Positions 28,486 through 37,748 of a stretch of 64,000 bases of DNA are shown one piece after another. Source of the DNA: a virus. Where the stretch lies: the IMG/VR virus record IMGVR_UViG_3300048110_000147, positions 1 through 64,000 of that record. One strand, given 5' to 3'. How positions within the stretch are numbered: position 1 is the first letter of the stretch; each line of letters begins with the position of its first letter. Position numbers and translations under genes: made by a program. Below the pieces are notes generated by a model. That model was given only the letters and a program-made list of their open reading frames with translations, was not told where the DNA came from and did not search any database.

Positions 28486-29075
28486 TTTCGTATCTCGTTT
28501 GATGAGAATAATATGCGTTTACCTGTGCGTAGGTGAGTACCCTCGAATACAGGTATACCTAGAATATCGTGACATAAATTGTCTTCGGTGACCCGTACTT
28601 GATCCCCTTTACGTACCATATCTTCTCCACCCGATAGTACAGAGTTTTCTGCCATACGGTACATACCTTGACCTAAGTTACCATTGTCCAGTACATACCA
28701 CTGAGAGTTTTCAAGTAGCACATCCATGATATCGACACCAGTCTCTTCATGAATCTTTTGAATCTGTTTATCAGACAGATCACCGTCTTCTTTGATTAGT
28801 GCAAGTGCAGCACCATACCGTGCGACAATAGAGGAACCGCCTGGGACCTTAGCCATAAGTTTCTTTAGATTAAACACGAGACGATGGAACGAGGTGTAGT
28901 GAGTACGGTATGCATCGCGCTTATCCATATCCCCCATGTCATAATCTTTGACTTTATTTCCGTCTGCATCGATGATCCCTGCCTTGAATGCACCAGTATC
29001 TTCTATCTTGGTGACCAGCAGTTTCAGAAAACGAATTGTATAGACTACATCTGCAGCCGACTTTAGGATGCCCAT
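28482..29075 (-). CDS. conserved T4-like hypothetical (late) protein
   Basis: YTIRFLKLL...AFKAGIID..G...FHRLVFNLK. Confidence 0.75.
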   Translation of the reverse strand: MGILKSAADVVYTIRFLKLLVTKIEDTGAFKAGIIDADGNKVKDYDMGDMDKRDAYRTHYTSFHRLVFNLKKLMAKVPGGSSIVARYGAALALIKEDGDLSDKQIQKIHEETGVDIMDVLLENSQWYVLDNGNLGQGMYRMAENSVLSGGEDMVRKGDQVRVTEDNLCHDILGIPVFEGTHLRTGKRILFSSNEIRK

Positions 29076-29431
29076 CTTATTTCTCTCAATTTATCTATTA
29101 CGTATTTATCCATTTCGATACCTGTAATGTCATCATTTCTTATTGCTTGGAGAAAAACAAGGAAGGGTTTGATAGTCGGCCACTGTTCTAACGGTATTTT
29201 TACTGCCAACATCTCCACACCTGCTTCATTTCCAAACACATTAAAGATGACGATCAAATGGTTTAGGATAAGTCTTTCTGCAAGGTCTCCGTTCTGGTGG
29301 TATCGATTCACCAATCTCTTCACATACTTGAACCTCTTCAGATCGTCGAAGAATTCTTCTCCGTCGATGTGGGTGGGATTATAGTAGTGCTTTGCAGCAT
29401 AGACGACAAGATTATTTTTATTCAACTTCAT
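29063..29431 (-). CDS. conserved T4-like hypothetical protein
   Basis: YYNP...EF.DDLKRFKY...ERLILNHLI..FNVFG. Confidence 0.8.
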   Translation of the reverse strand: MKLNKNNLVVYAAKHYYNPTHIDGEEFFDDLKRFKYVKRLVNRYHQNGDLAERLILNHLIVIFNVFGNEAGVEMLAVKIPLEQWPTIKPFLVFLQAIRNDDITGIEMDKYVIDKLREIRWAS

Positions 29432-30371
29432 AATATGGATCTTTGAATCTCCTTAACCTGTATCCGCTTGGATACATTTCAATCTTATTTAGGTGGTCAA
29501 TAAGATCTGCTATCCAGTATAGGTCAAGGTTACCACTCCGTGTTGTACTGGCAGAATCTTGCATATACAGATAGGAGTACTTGGGCCTCTCGTCGCGCAC
29601 TTGCATATCCAGAACCCCATCATATGAGAGTTTCTTTAACTTGTAGTACTGTAGAACATCCTCACCTATCCTGTGGTCGGGGTCAAATCTAGTATGCTGT
29701 GCACCCTTACGTGAGTAAAACACCAGTCTATTCAGAGTGTTCATCATATCGCCATAGTCCACAGTATATTCCTCCAAAACCTTTCGGTTCGACATCCACT
29801 CTCTTGCGATGTCTTCGGGAATATTGTGTCTCATAAGTTTACGTATTTCCTGCTCATTGACTTTAGGAACATGGGTATTACGAGTTCTTTTATTTAAATC
29901 ATGGGTCCAGTGAGCAGTATGTTTTACGGGTATAAAGAAATGATCTTTCTTCACGCTCCTGCTATCTACCTGTTTTGAAAACAGATCAAAGAACCCGTCT
30001 TGAGGAGTCTGGACTGAGAGTTGATTTGCGAGACATATGATGTCTGGGGGAGAGTCGCCTAGCGCAACTGTGCGGTAAAGGTTTCTACCGTAGGGAGTGA
30101 TATAATCATCACCGTCGACTTGGACCATATACTCGTTATCGCTTTCTAAGAACTTATCGAGTAACGAGTTTTTACCTGTCGATGGTGTGCCGTCTGATTC
30201 TGTGACGTAGTGCTCTATATCATTGGACACACAAAAACGCGTGGCGATTTCAGAGTACTCTTCATTTAGAGTATTGATAACAACCACGGTCTCATTAGGT
30301 TTCAGAGCAATAAACTGACGTTCTAGTGTCTTTATATTACCACTAGTTAATACGTAGTATTTGAAAGACAT
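29418..30371 (-). CDS. GT-A glycosyltransferase-like protein (GT2-like)
   Basis: GKNSLL, VDGDD (DxDD), GED. Confidence 0.6.
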   Translation of the reverse strand: MSFKYYVLTSGNIKTLERQFIALKPNETVVVINTLNEEYSEIATRFCVSNDIEHYVTESDGTPSTGKNSLLDKFLESDNEYMVQVDGDDYITPYGRNLYRTVALGDSPPDIICLANQLSVQTPQDGFFDLFSKQVDSRSVKKDHFFIPVKHTAHWTHDLNKRTRNTHVPKVNEQEIRKLMRHNIPEDIAREWMSNRKVLEEYTVDYGDMMNTLNRLVFYSRKGAQHTRFDPDHRIGEDVLQYYKLKKLSYDGVLDMQVRDERPKYSYLYMQDSASTTRSGNLDLYWIADLIDHLNKIEMYPSGYRLRRFKDPYYEVE

Positions 30372-30374
30372 AAT

Positions 30375-30596
30375 CTATCCGTGATAGATTCCTGCTTCCT
30401 TTAATTTTGCAATCAGAACTTCTTTCTTACGTCTACGGTCCAATCTAACGCCGTTCTCTCGACCTAATGTATCCAACTCTTTCTTCGACATATCTTCGAT
30501 CATACGAGAAGATGTGCGAGGGTCTCCACAGACCACCCTATCTGGACGGTCCTGGCGAAAGAGATTTAGAATGTAATGAAATATATCCGAAAACAT
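30375..30596 (-). CDS. hypothetical protein
   Basis: MSKKEL..LGRE.GV.LDRR..K helix-extension-helix-like. Confidence 0.6.
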   Translation of the reverse strand: MFSDIFHYILNLFRQDRPDRVVCGDPRTSSRMIEDMSKKELDTLGRENGVRLDRRRKKEVLIAKLKEAGIYHG

Positions 30597-30613
30597 AATA
30601 TATCCTGTTTCAT

Positions 30614-31540
30614 TTATTTTGGAGACTTGTCTCCGTTCTTCAGATTATCAGCGCCACCACGAGCAGGAGACTGTTTCATATCCTTACCACCCGCTTTAAA
30701 AGTAACATCATGACTTTCTTCTTCAGCATCTTCAATCTTTTTATCAGACTTCTTATGCATTGCAATGACTTTCTTGTCATGTTCAGATGAATGGTCATCG
30801 TGTTTCTCACCAGAAGCTGCATCTTTCTTAGGTTCTACTGCTTCAACGATGTCTGACCACATCTTCTCAAATGCAGAACGTGTGTCTACACTTTCAATCT
30901 TAGAAATCTCTGCTTTCTTATCAGCAGTCTTAGGATTCTTTTTAATATCCGAATCTCCGTCTGCCTCTGGTTCTTCCCCATCGTCTTTCTTAGGCGGGAA
31001 AGGTTTCTTCTTCTTGTCCTTTGGTTCTTCGTCGGACTCTTCTTCGTCTTTCTCTTCCTTAACAGCAGGTTTCTTACCACCATCAATAGCGTCATCTGTA
31101 GCTTTACGCTTCTTGTGTAAGAACTCATCCGAAGAATCTACATCGCCATCATTATCGATGTCTTTGTCTTTACGATTCTTGAACTTCTTGTCGTTCTCTG
31201 CGTCGTCTACTGGGTCTAAACCTTCTTCAACTTCATTCTCGCAGTAGTCGCAACCTTTGTTTTCGCACTTAGGACAGTCTTCGCCTTCTTTGACTTTCTT
31301 GTACCCACATGCTTCTTCAAGGTCAGCCTCTTCGAACATCTTTGCTGCTTGCTTAAAACTAACTGTTTTGAAATCACCAAATTCGTTAGTTAATTTGAAA
31401 GATACCTTACCTTTATCTTGGTTCATCTGGACAGTATATCGCTTACCGTCCTTACCTTGAATACCTTTCTTATCACGAATTTTCGCTTCGGAGACCATTC
31501 CCAAATACGCCTCCATAATTTTATTGATATCTGACATCAT
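30614..31540 (-). CDS. acidic/lysine-rich putative prohead core/internal protein
   Basis: Low complexity E/K/D; DKDIDNDGDVDSSDEFLHKKRK motif. Confidence 0.65.
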   Translation of the reverse strand: MMSDINKIMEAYLGMVSEAKIRDKKGIQGKDGKRYTVQMNQDKGKVSFKLTNEFGDFKTVSFKQAAKMFEEADLEEACGYKKVKEGEDCPKCENKGCDYCENEVEEGLDPVDDAENDKKFKNRKDKDIDNDGDVDSSDEFLHKKRKATDDAIDGGKKPAVKEEKDEEESDEEPKDKKKKPFPPKKDDGEEPEADGDSDIKKNPKTADKKAEISKIESVDTRSAFEKMWSDIVEAVEPKKDAASGEKHDDHSSEHDKKVIAMHKKSDKKIEDAEEESHDVTFKAGGKDMKQSPARGGADNLKNGDKSPK

Positions 31541-31555
31541 AGTCTCCGTTAAATA

Positions 31556-31882
31556 TTATGCGTCAAAGAATACTTTGACAACTAAACCAGCAAAGATAGT
31601 AGCAGTTAGAGTAATGATGTACTGCATTACCTTGACGGTTTTACCTTGCTCTTGAACAACATCATCGATATCATCCATACGCATGGAGAATCGATTCATT
31701 CTTTCGAAATGTTGTGAATTCGCTTTTTCTATGTTAATGAGTTTTTCTTCTGCCCTGGCCAAATCGATCATTGCATCGGAAAGCTTGTCTATCTTGTCCT
31801 CGATTCTTGCGAGGCGTTGTTCTTCACGTTGCACATGATCTGTAATTATTTGGTTATTATCTGGCATTTTCGAGTAGCCCAT
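31556..31882 (-). CDS. coiled-coil protein with C-terminal TM
   Basis: RL.RIEDKIDKL; late promoter at 31973-31980. Confidence 0.65.
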   Translation of the reverse strand: MGYSKMPDNNQIITDHVQREEQRLARIEDKIDKLSDAMIDLARAEEKLINIEKANSQHFERMNRFSMRMDDIDDVVQEQGKTVKVMQYIITLTATIFAGLVVKVFFDA

Positions 31883-31988
31883 AAATGTTTATAATATAAG
31901 TCGTATTTGATATAATTAATATAAGTTGATATAATTATTCTGTGTTGACTTATTAATTGAGTTTACGTGGTCTATTTATAATTTTAAA

Positions 31989-32306
31989 TTACCACGCCCT
32001 ACATGACCAATAACGTGCTTTCCATTTAGGGCCAGGATTTGCACAATTATGCCTTGCCCTAAAACTTTTACGACGAGCCGGGTTGTCTTTCTTGATTTCC
32101 ATATTCGGATCACCGAATGAAACCTTGACTACATTACCCGATTCGTTCTTTGTATATACGTAAAACTTCTTAGAACCACCACGTACAGGTTTGTTCAAAG
32201 TAACTTTTCTACCTTGATGTTCTGCTTCGGTGATCTCTAATTCTTCGTCGAGAGACTTACACGCCTCACAACAACCTTCTTCTATGTACTGTTTAAACTT
32301 TTTCAT
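31989..32306 (-). CDS. putative internal head protein
   Basis: MKKFKQYIEE start; KKFYVY...VSFGD...RRKSFRARHNC...RYWSC. Confidence 0.7.
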   Translation of the reverse strand: MKKFKQYIEEGCCEACKSLDEELEITEAEHQGRKVTLNKPVRGGSKKFYVYTKNESGNVVKVSFGDPNMEIKKDNPARRKSFRARHNCANPGPKWKARYWSCRAW

Positions 32307-33181
32307 TTTGCAAGTAATGCTTTTGCCTTGGCGCTATCGTGGAAAGAGAATGTATAAGACTTACCGTCTTTTTCGTCCTTGACCACATAACCAGATTTGG
32401 TCATCTTAGTGATCTTGCCCATTCTCTTATCGCCATTCTTAGGTTCGTAGAAATCAACACCTCTTCCAACGTTGATTGAGTTCTTTGTCTCTGCGCCCAT
32501 GCCTTTAGTTGCAAGAGTTCGGTAATTTTCATCAAGCGATTCTACTGAGTCCTCTAACCCTTCACGCATAAGTTTACCACCTTTTACCCTGAATCCGTTA
32601 TCTTTTAGGATTTTAGTAATAGTGGTTCTCTTTACCAAGTCGTCCATATCCTTGAGCAACTTAGTTAAACCCATGAATGCTTTGTCCTGTACCCTTAAAG
32701 AAGAATTCATAAACATAACACGTGCGAATGCCGCGGCCTTCTCGAACTCAATACCCTTACTCTTATGTTTCAAGAGTTCATTAGATATCTTTTCAAAATC
32801 TGCGGCTTCGTCAAGTTCGACCGACTCATTAGTACCTAAAATCTTATATGATTTGATACTCGCAGCCATATTACCTAGTGCAAGAGTCGCGTCCTTACCA
32901 TTACGACTGTATAGATGGTACTTACCTTTACCATCAATGGTCATATTAATCTTGTCGACATTGTACTTTGCACTACGGGATGTACTCTTTACAGTGAAAA
33001 CTCGCTTCTGACTAGAACTAATAGAAGAACCGAAATCAATCTCAATTCGCATTCCCTTCTTTAACTTCTCAAAGTCAGACCGTGATACTGTTGCCTCTGT
33101 TAGACCAAGCTGTACCGACTCTTCGACAGACTCAAGCGCAGCAGTGACCTTACCTTCTCTTAATTCCTGAAATGTTTTCAC
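32303..33181 (-). CDS. putative modular internal head polyprotein
   Basis: MKTFQELRE start; repeated ESVELDE-type linkers. Confidence 0.65.
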   Translation of the reverse strand: MKTFQELREGKVTAALESVEESVQLGLTEATVSRSDFEKLKKGMRIEIDFGSSISSSQKRVFTVKSTSRSAKYNVDKINMTIDGKGKYHLYSRNGKDATLALGNMAASIKSYKILGTNESVELDEAADFEKISNELLKHKSKGIEFEKAAAFARVMFMNSSLRVQDKAFMGLTKLLKDMDDLVKRTTITKILKDNGFRVKGGKLMREGLEDSVESLDENYRTLATKGMGAETKNSINVGRGVDFYEPKNGDKRMGKITKMTKSGYVVKDEKDGKSYTFSFHDSAKAKALLAK

Positions 33182-33182
33182 T

Positions 33183-33365
33183 TTAACTTCCTCTGGATGC
33201 GCCTCGAAATACCTTAGACGGAGCGCGGTTTGTATTATTTAATTTGAGACTGGGGCCTTGCGACCCCGTCATGTTAAACTTATTATTTTCAGAACTAGTA
33301 GACTGCAACCTTTCTCGTTTCTCTTGAGACATCTTTTTGTTGCGAGGTTTCTTAGTCTTACTCAT
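33183..33365 (-). CDS. small basic protein
   Basis: 60 aa, AAGGA RBS. Confidence 0.5.
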   Translation of the reverse strand: MSKTKKPRNKKMSQEKRERLQSTSSENNKFNMTGSQGPSLKLNNTNRAPSKVFRGASRGS

Positions 33366-33388
33366 ATTTATTCCTTATGATACCTTAG

Positions 33389-35359
33389 TTAGAATGGATG
33401 ATCACTGTCTGGTGTAATATTGACTGGTGTTGCCGTAGTTAACGTTTCTTTGTTCAGAGTTAACAGTTCAGTGTCAGCGTCTGATATGAAAGCTGCAGCT
33501 GGCGGAGTAAAGTCTGCACTATAACGCGCAGCAGAACTTATACGGAAGTCAAACAACATTCCACCGAAGAATGCACCAATCTTGTGAGTTCCGGTAGTGC
33601 CGTAGTTCCTATCGTGTCCGTAACTTCCACCATATCCGCCTTGCTTAACACCATTCAGGTATAAGTCTACGGAAGCTGTTGGGTTTCCATTGACCGTAAT
33701 CGCTGGAGACTTAACGATAGCCCAGTGGTTCCACCCTGCTTCTTGCCATATTTGTCCGTCCCACGTCATGTTGACGTCTCCACTGCCGCCATCACGGAAC
33801 ATTATTTCAGTTCCGCCATCCCAACCACTTATAGCGATAGTGTGTCCGTTAGAGAATTCTATCAGATTATCGTTGCCTGGGTTAACACCATCGGTGTTCG
33901 CCCAGAATTCAATCGTCCATCCAGCATCACCGTTGCTGTGAGATAGAGAACCACCTTCATAAGTTGCATATGAAGATCCATTATCACCGAACTGCCATGC
34001 GAAAGATGGAGCTGGTGGAGCTGGCGGTGGTGGGAATGGGAATTGAACCATATGTAATCTAGTGCTGAATTGTTGAACGTGTTCTGATCGGTCAACATTA
34101 GGTTCGTCAATTCTGTAAGGTGTCGCAGATAGGTCACTTAGGTCATATTTCCATATGTATGATCCTGCAGCATTCCATACCTGATAAACAGATCCTGCAC
34201 CTGCACTTCCTCTATCCGAAACATATAGATAATCTCCATCTGAGACCATCGATGCACCAAATCGATCGGAACCTTGATCAGTATTATTAGATAACGGTGC
34301 TGTTATTATCTGACTAGGGGAAGACAAGTTTGACTTATCATATACATAAACCCTACCCTGTTGATTGTCACTCCCTACTTTTTCAAGCATAGCACTTATG
34401 ATAAACTTATCATTAGTTTCTACTACTTGAGAGGCAAATGCAGACCAGTCATTATTTGGAGATGGATAGTTTATAGTAGATACAAGGTTTCCGGTTGTTA
34501 TATCTCGTATCTGCATCTGACCATAATGATTAGTCGAATTATCAGGATTGTACGACGCATTTACGCCCACATAGATCTGACTTCCATCATTTGAAATACG
34601 TAGACCCATATAATCACAATTTCCTTGAAGATCTTGATCAGTTAGGTGTATTGGTGATGATAGGTCGGATAAATCATATATAGAAACATTTCCATAATTA
34701 GAATTAGGACTGGAATTATCATTGTAGGCTTCGTCACCTATAACTAGATGATTGTCATTGGCAGACATATATCTACCAAAATCGTATTGTGTGTTGACTG
34801 TAGGCCTGGTGTCCGTAATAATTGTTGGTGCCGCAGATAAATCACTAACGTCATAAACATAAATTTGACGACGACCTCTTGCAGAAACAAACAGGTGTGT
34901 ATCATTGGCCGCTATAGAATTACCAAAATAACCATACTCTTGAGGTGATGGTTCTGTTAATGTTGCGACAGGAGTGGTTAAGTCGGACTTATCGTAAGCA
35001 TATACTACACCTTGATTGATAAATCCACCAAGATCCTCATAATCAGCTGAAATAAATAATTGAGTATGGTTGGATGCTACGACACTCTCCCCGAACCGAT
35101 CACTATATCCACCCCACGGGTCAGTATCGCTGCCGTTAGGGTTATGGATTATGATAGGGTCCGCATCGATGTCATATACGTCAAACAAGTACAGTCTTTC
35201 CAGATATTTGTTAGTACCAGAAGTTCTGTTACCTTCAGCCACTCGTGCCATCAAATAGGTCGGAATTGGTGGTCCTACGTATGGTGGGTTGTCTGCGTCT
35301 ACACCGGCAATTACTTGACCGGCATTAAACACCGCACCCGCTAAAATTTGATTTGCCAT
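33389..35359 (-). CDS. virion structural/adhesin protein: beta-propeller repeats + LamG/ConA-like domain
   Basis: Repeats FG.S.......L.IS...G.VYVYD.SDLS; Pro-rich linker; WTIEFW...WNHWAIV...LYLNG...FRISS.ARY. Confidence 0.75.
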   Translation of the reverse strand: MANQILAGAVFNAGQVIAGVDADNPPYVGPPIPTYLMARVAEGNRTSGTNKYLERLYLFDVYDIDADPIIIHNPNGSDTDPWGGYSDRFGESVVASNHTQLFISADYEDLGGFINQGVVYAYDKSDLTTPVATLTEPSPQEYGYFGNSIAANDTHLFVSARGRRQIYVYDVSDLSAAPTIITDTRPTVNTQYDFGRYMSANDNHLVIGDEAYNDNSSPNSNYGNVSIYDLSDLSSPIHLTDQDLQGNCDYMGLRISNDGSQIYVGVNASYNPDNSTNHYGQMQIRDITTGNLVSTINYPSPNNDWSAFASQVVETNDKFIISAMLEKVGSDNQQGRVYVYDKSNLSSPSQIITAPLSNNTDQGSDRFGASMVSDGDYLYVSDRGSAGAGSVYQVWNAAGSYIWKYDLSDLSATPYRIDEPNVDRSEHVQQFSTRLHMVQFPFPPPPAPPAPSFAWQFGDNGSSYATYEGGSLSHSNGDAGWTIEFWANTDGVNPGNDNLIEFSNGHTIAISGWDGGTEIMFRDGGSGDVNMTWDGQIWQEAGWNHWAIVKSPAITVNGNPTASVDLYLNGVKQGGYGGSYGHDRNYGTTGTHKIGAFFGGMLFDFRISSAARYSADFTPPAAAFISDADTELLTLNKETLTTATPVNITPDSDHPF

Positions 35360-35381
35360 TTGTTCTAAATTCCTTTAAGTT

Positions 35382-35654
35382 TTATGCTAAGTCTTTGTCA
35401 TGGTTGAGGCCGCCTTTCTTCTTCTTGACGATGAAAGCGTTAACCCTTGCCATTCCCCATTGTTGTGGTGTGGTGCCTGGGCGGTGACCCGTTTTCCATG
35501 CAGCAACCCCTCTATTATATACTTTACGCAAAGTGTCCGATGATATACCAGACTTCTTTGACTTCGCTGCGATACCATCTGGACCTTCATCAAGATCTAG
35601 GGTATCATACATTCCATATCTCTTTTCACTGAGATATTGTTTAAATTTTATCAT
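35382..35654 (-). CDS. putative internal head protein (DUF5824-like)
   Basis: MIKFKQYLSE start; VYNRGVAAWKTGHRPGTTPQQWGMARVN. Confidence 0.65.
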   Translation of the reverse strand: MIKFKQYLSEKRYGMYDTLDLDEGPDGIAAKSKKSGISSDTLRKVYNRGVAAWKTGHRPGTTPQQWGMARVNAFIVKKKKGGLNHDKDLA

Positions 35655-37351
35655 GCCAAATCTCCGATCATTTGTGCAAGTGCTTTGCGATCCATATCCA
35701 GTCCAAATTTACGAATTGCATTCGCGGCATGGAATTCATGAGACCTTCCGTCACCAGACTTCTTCAATTCTTTTTTGATATACTGTGCAACTTTAGTGTA
35801 TTTATTCTTATTAACAGTCTTGGCTCCGATCTTATGCATTAAATCAGTTACCCAGTTTTCTAGTATATCGTTTTCTTCTGCAACACAATTAGGGACCATC
35901 TTGTTCCCTTTCTTCTTCATACCAACTTCTTTGTACCCATCCCAACAATCTTCATCGTACATGTCTTTAAATGACTTGGTGTACTTGGATGGTTTAGTCT
36001 TAGCGGTCTTATCTCCAGGCGCTGGTTTATATGCAGATGAATCGTCGTCTGCTTTCTTACCATGTTTCTTGAAGTGTGCATCACGCTTTACCTTAGTAGA
36101 CTTTTCAAGTCCCTTGTGGTAGCGAGATGGTTGAGTACCCTCACGGTCTTTGATATCTGGATCCTGTGACTCATACCTGATTATAGGACCATCTGTCCTA
36201 TAATCTTTTTTACGCATGATACTTTTACCATATACTTGAAACTTACCGTCATCATATTTCACAACAACGGGGATGTTTATATCAGACTGTATATCTTTCA
36301 ATACTGGCTGGATATCGGTATCTCCATATTGCTTAATGCCTTTGCCCTTATTCTTTACAATTTTCTTAAGCAGACGTTGGAGTTCTGTTACCTTGATAGC
36401 AGGGTCATTTCTCTTATCGTTCATACGGTCTGCAAAGTGTGGTGTAAATTTAATGTCAATGTTGAACTTCTTCAACATACGATCACTGAACTTTTTTAAA
36501 TCGTTAAGTTGCGCTTGGGACACATTTTCGGAGATCAACTCCACAGCCTCTAGCCACTTGCGCATCTTCTTACCATCGTTGGTTTCAACGATAACGTAGT
36601 TTGCACCTAGGACGGATATAGTAGCAACCTCATCACTTTCTTTGATTACTACCATATCCCCTACCTCGAACAATTCACCTTGCACGAACTTCTCTCGTGT
36701 TTCGGATACTGTCTCTAGTTCTAGGTGATTACGGAATTCACTGGCTTCCTTTAATCCCATACCTCTACGCACGTCGTTGAATAGCTTACGTGTGTCTGGA
36801 TTGGACATGGATTTAGGAACACCCTGTGAGAAAGAAACGAAATCATTATTAGATGCGTTCTCTCTTTGTTTTGAAGCTGACATACCTTCAATACCAATAG
36901 AATCTGGATCTCTCTTACCGGCAGATACTATTCTGATATTCTTGAAATTATAAAAACCATGTCTTGCTTTCTGTCCGTTGTACTTGTTCAACAGGACTTC
37001 GAATTCTGTAATTCTGTCGTCACCGACAACCATAGTTACTGACTTATAACCTTGGTCATACAGTGCGACCATGGCGTTGATAGCGGTCTTAACAGACTTA
37101 TCTACCATGATATTCCGTGCATGTTTCGGAAACATCTTACGAGTGTGTTTGATTTTATCGGAGTACGATAGCGGATTCTTCTTTGCGTCCTGTGATTGTG
37201 ACGCAAATACTTTATAGTCTGATTTCCCAGACTTCATCGCTAACGCATCCATTACCTTGCCGTGTCCCACCGTAGGTGGATTCATACGACCAAACGTGAA
37301 ATATACTTCGCGTTCCTCTTCAACAAGGTATTGACTGAAATTTTTAATCAC
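35651..37351 (-). CDS. HxGH nucleotidyltransferase (phage 'cytidyltransferase') polyprotein with appended modules
   Basis: FGRMNPPTVGH, KNPL, VGDDR, GMSASKQR; CTS-like MIKNFSQYLVEE. Confidence 0.85.
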   Translation of the reverse strand: MIKNFSQYLVEEEREVYFTFGRMNPPTVGHGKVMDALAMKSGKSDYKVFASQSQDAKKNPLSYSDKIKHTRKMFPKHARNIMVDKSVKTAINAMVALYDQGYKSVTMVVGDDRITEFEVLLNKYNGQKARHGFYNFKNIRIVSAGKRDPDSIGIEGMSASKQRENASNNDFVSFSQGVPKSMSNPDTRKLFNDVRRGMGLKEASEFRNHLELETVSETREKFVQGELFEVGDMVVIKESDEVATISVLGANYVIVETNDGKKMRKWLEAVELISENVSQAQLNDLKKFSDRMLKKFNIDIKFTPHFADRMNDKRNDPAIKVTELQRLLKKIVKNKGKGIKQYGDTDIQPVLKDIQSDINIPVVVKYDDGKFQVYGKSIMRKKDYRTDGPIIRYESQDPDIKDREGTQPSRYHKGLEKSTKVKRDAHFKKHGKKADDDSSAYKPAPGDKTAKTKPSKYTKSFKDMYDEDCWDGYKEVGMKKKGNKMVPNCVAEENDILENWVTDLMHKIGAKTVNKNKYTKVAQYIKKELKKSGDGRSHEFHAANAIRKFGLDMDRKALAQMIGDLA

Positions 37352-37722
37352 TTTTTATCGCCTTTGCCTCGGTTGCGTTTACGTTCCATCTCTTGCTTTC
37401 GAACGACTTTTATAAGCTTACGAGCATTACGATCTATTCTTGCTTGTATGGCAGGCTTCTCCATTCTCTTCTCGATATCTTTCTTACGAGAGAATGACAT
37501 CTCACCCTTATCTTGACCTTTAGTAATCTTTGAGACTACTGCCTTACGTGCTTGTTTACGTGCACGTTTCTTCAAGGTGTCCATAGATGCAGTTTTTCTT
37601 TCTGCACGTTTTCGCGCCATGGCGATTCGTGCCTTATTCTTTTTCATTCGCATCGCGAGTTTTCGACGTTGTGCCATGTCGAGTACTTCCGATACCATAT
37701 CTTTAAATGACAACATAGTCAT
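37348..37722 (-). CDS. highly basic putative internal head protein
   Basis: MLSFKDMVSE start; K/R-rich. Confidence 0.7.
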   Translation of the reverse strand: MTMLSFKDMVSEVLDMAQRRKLAMRMKKNKARIAMARKRAERKTASMDTLKKRARKQARKAVVSKITKGQDKGEMSFSRKKDIEKRMEKPAIQARIDRNARKLIKVVRKQEMERKRNRGKGDKK

Positions 37723-37748
37723 CTATTCCTCTATTGGTTTATTCCATA

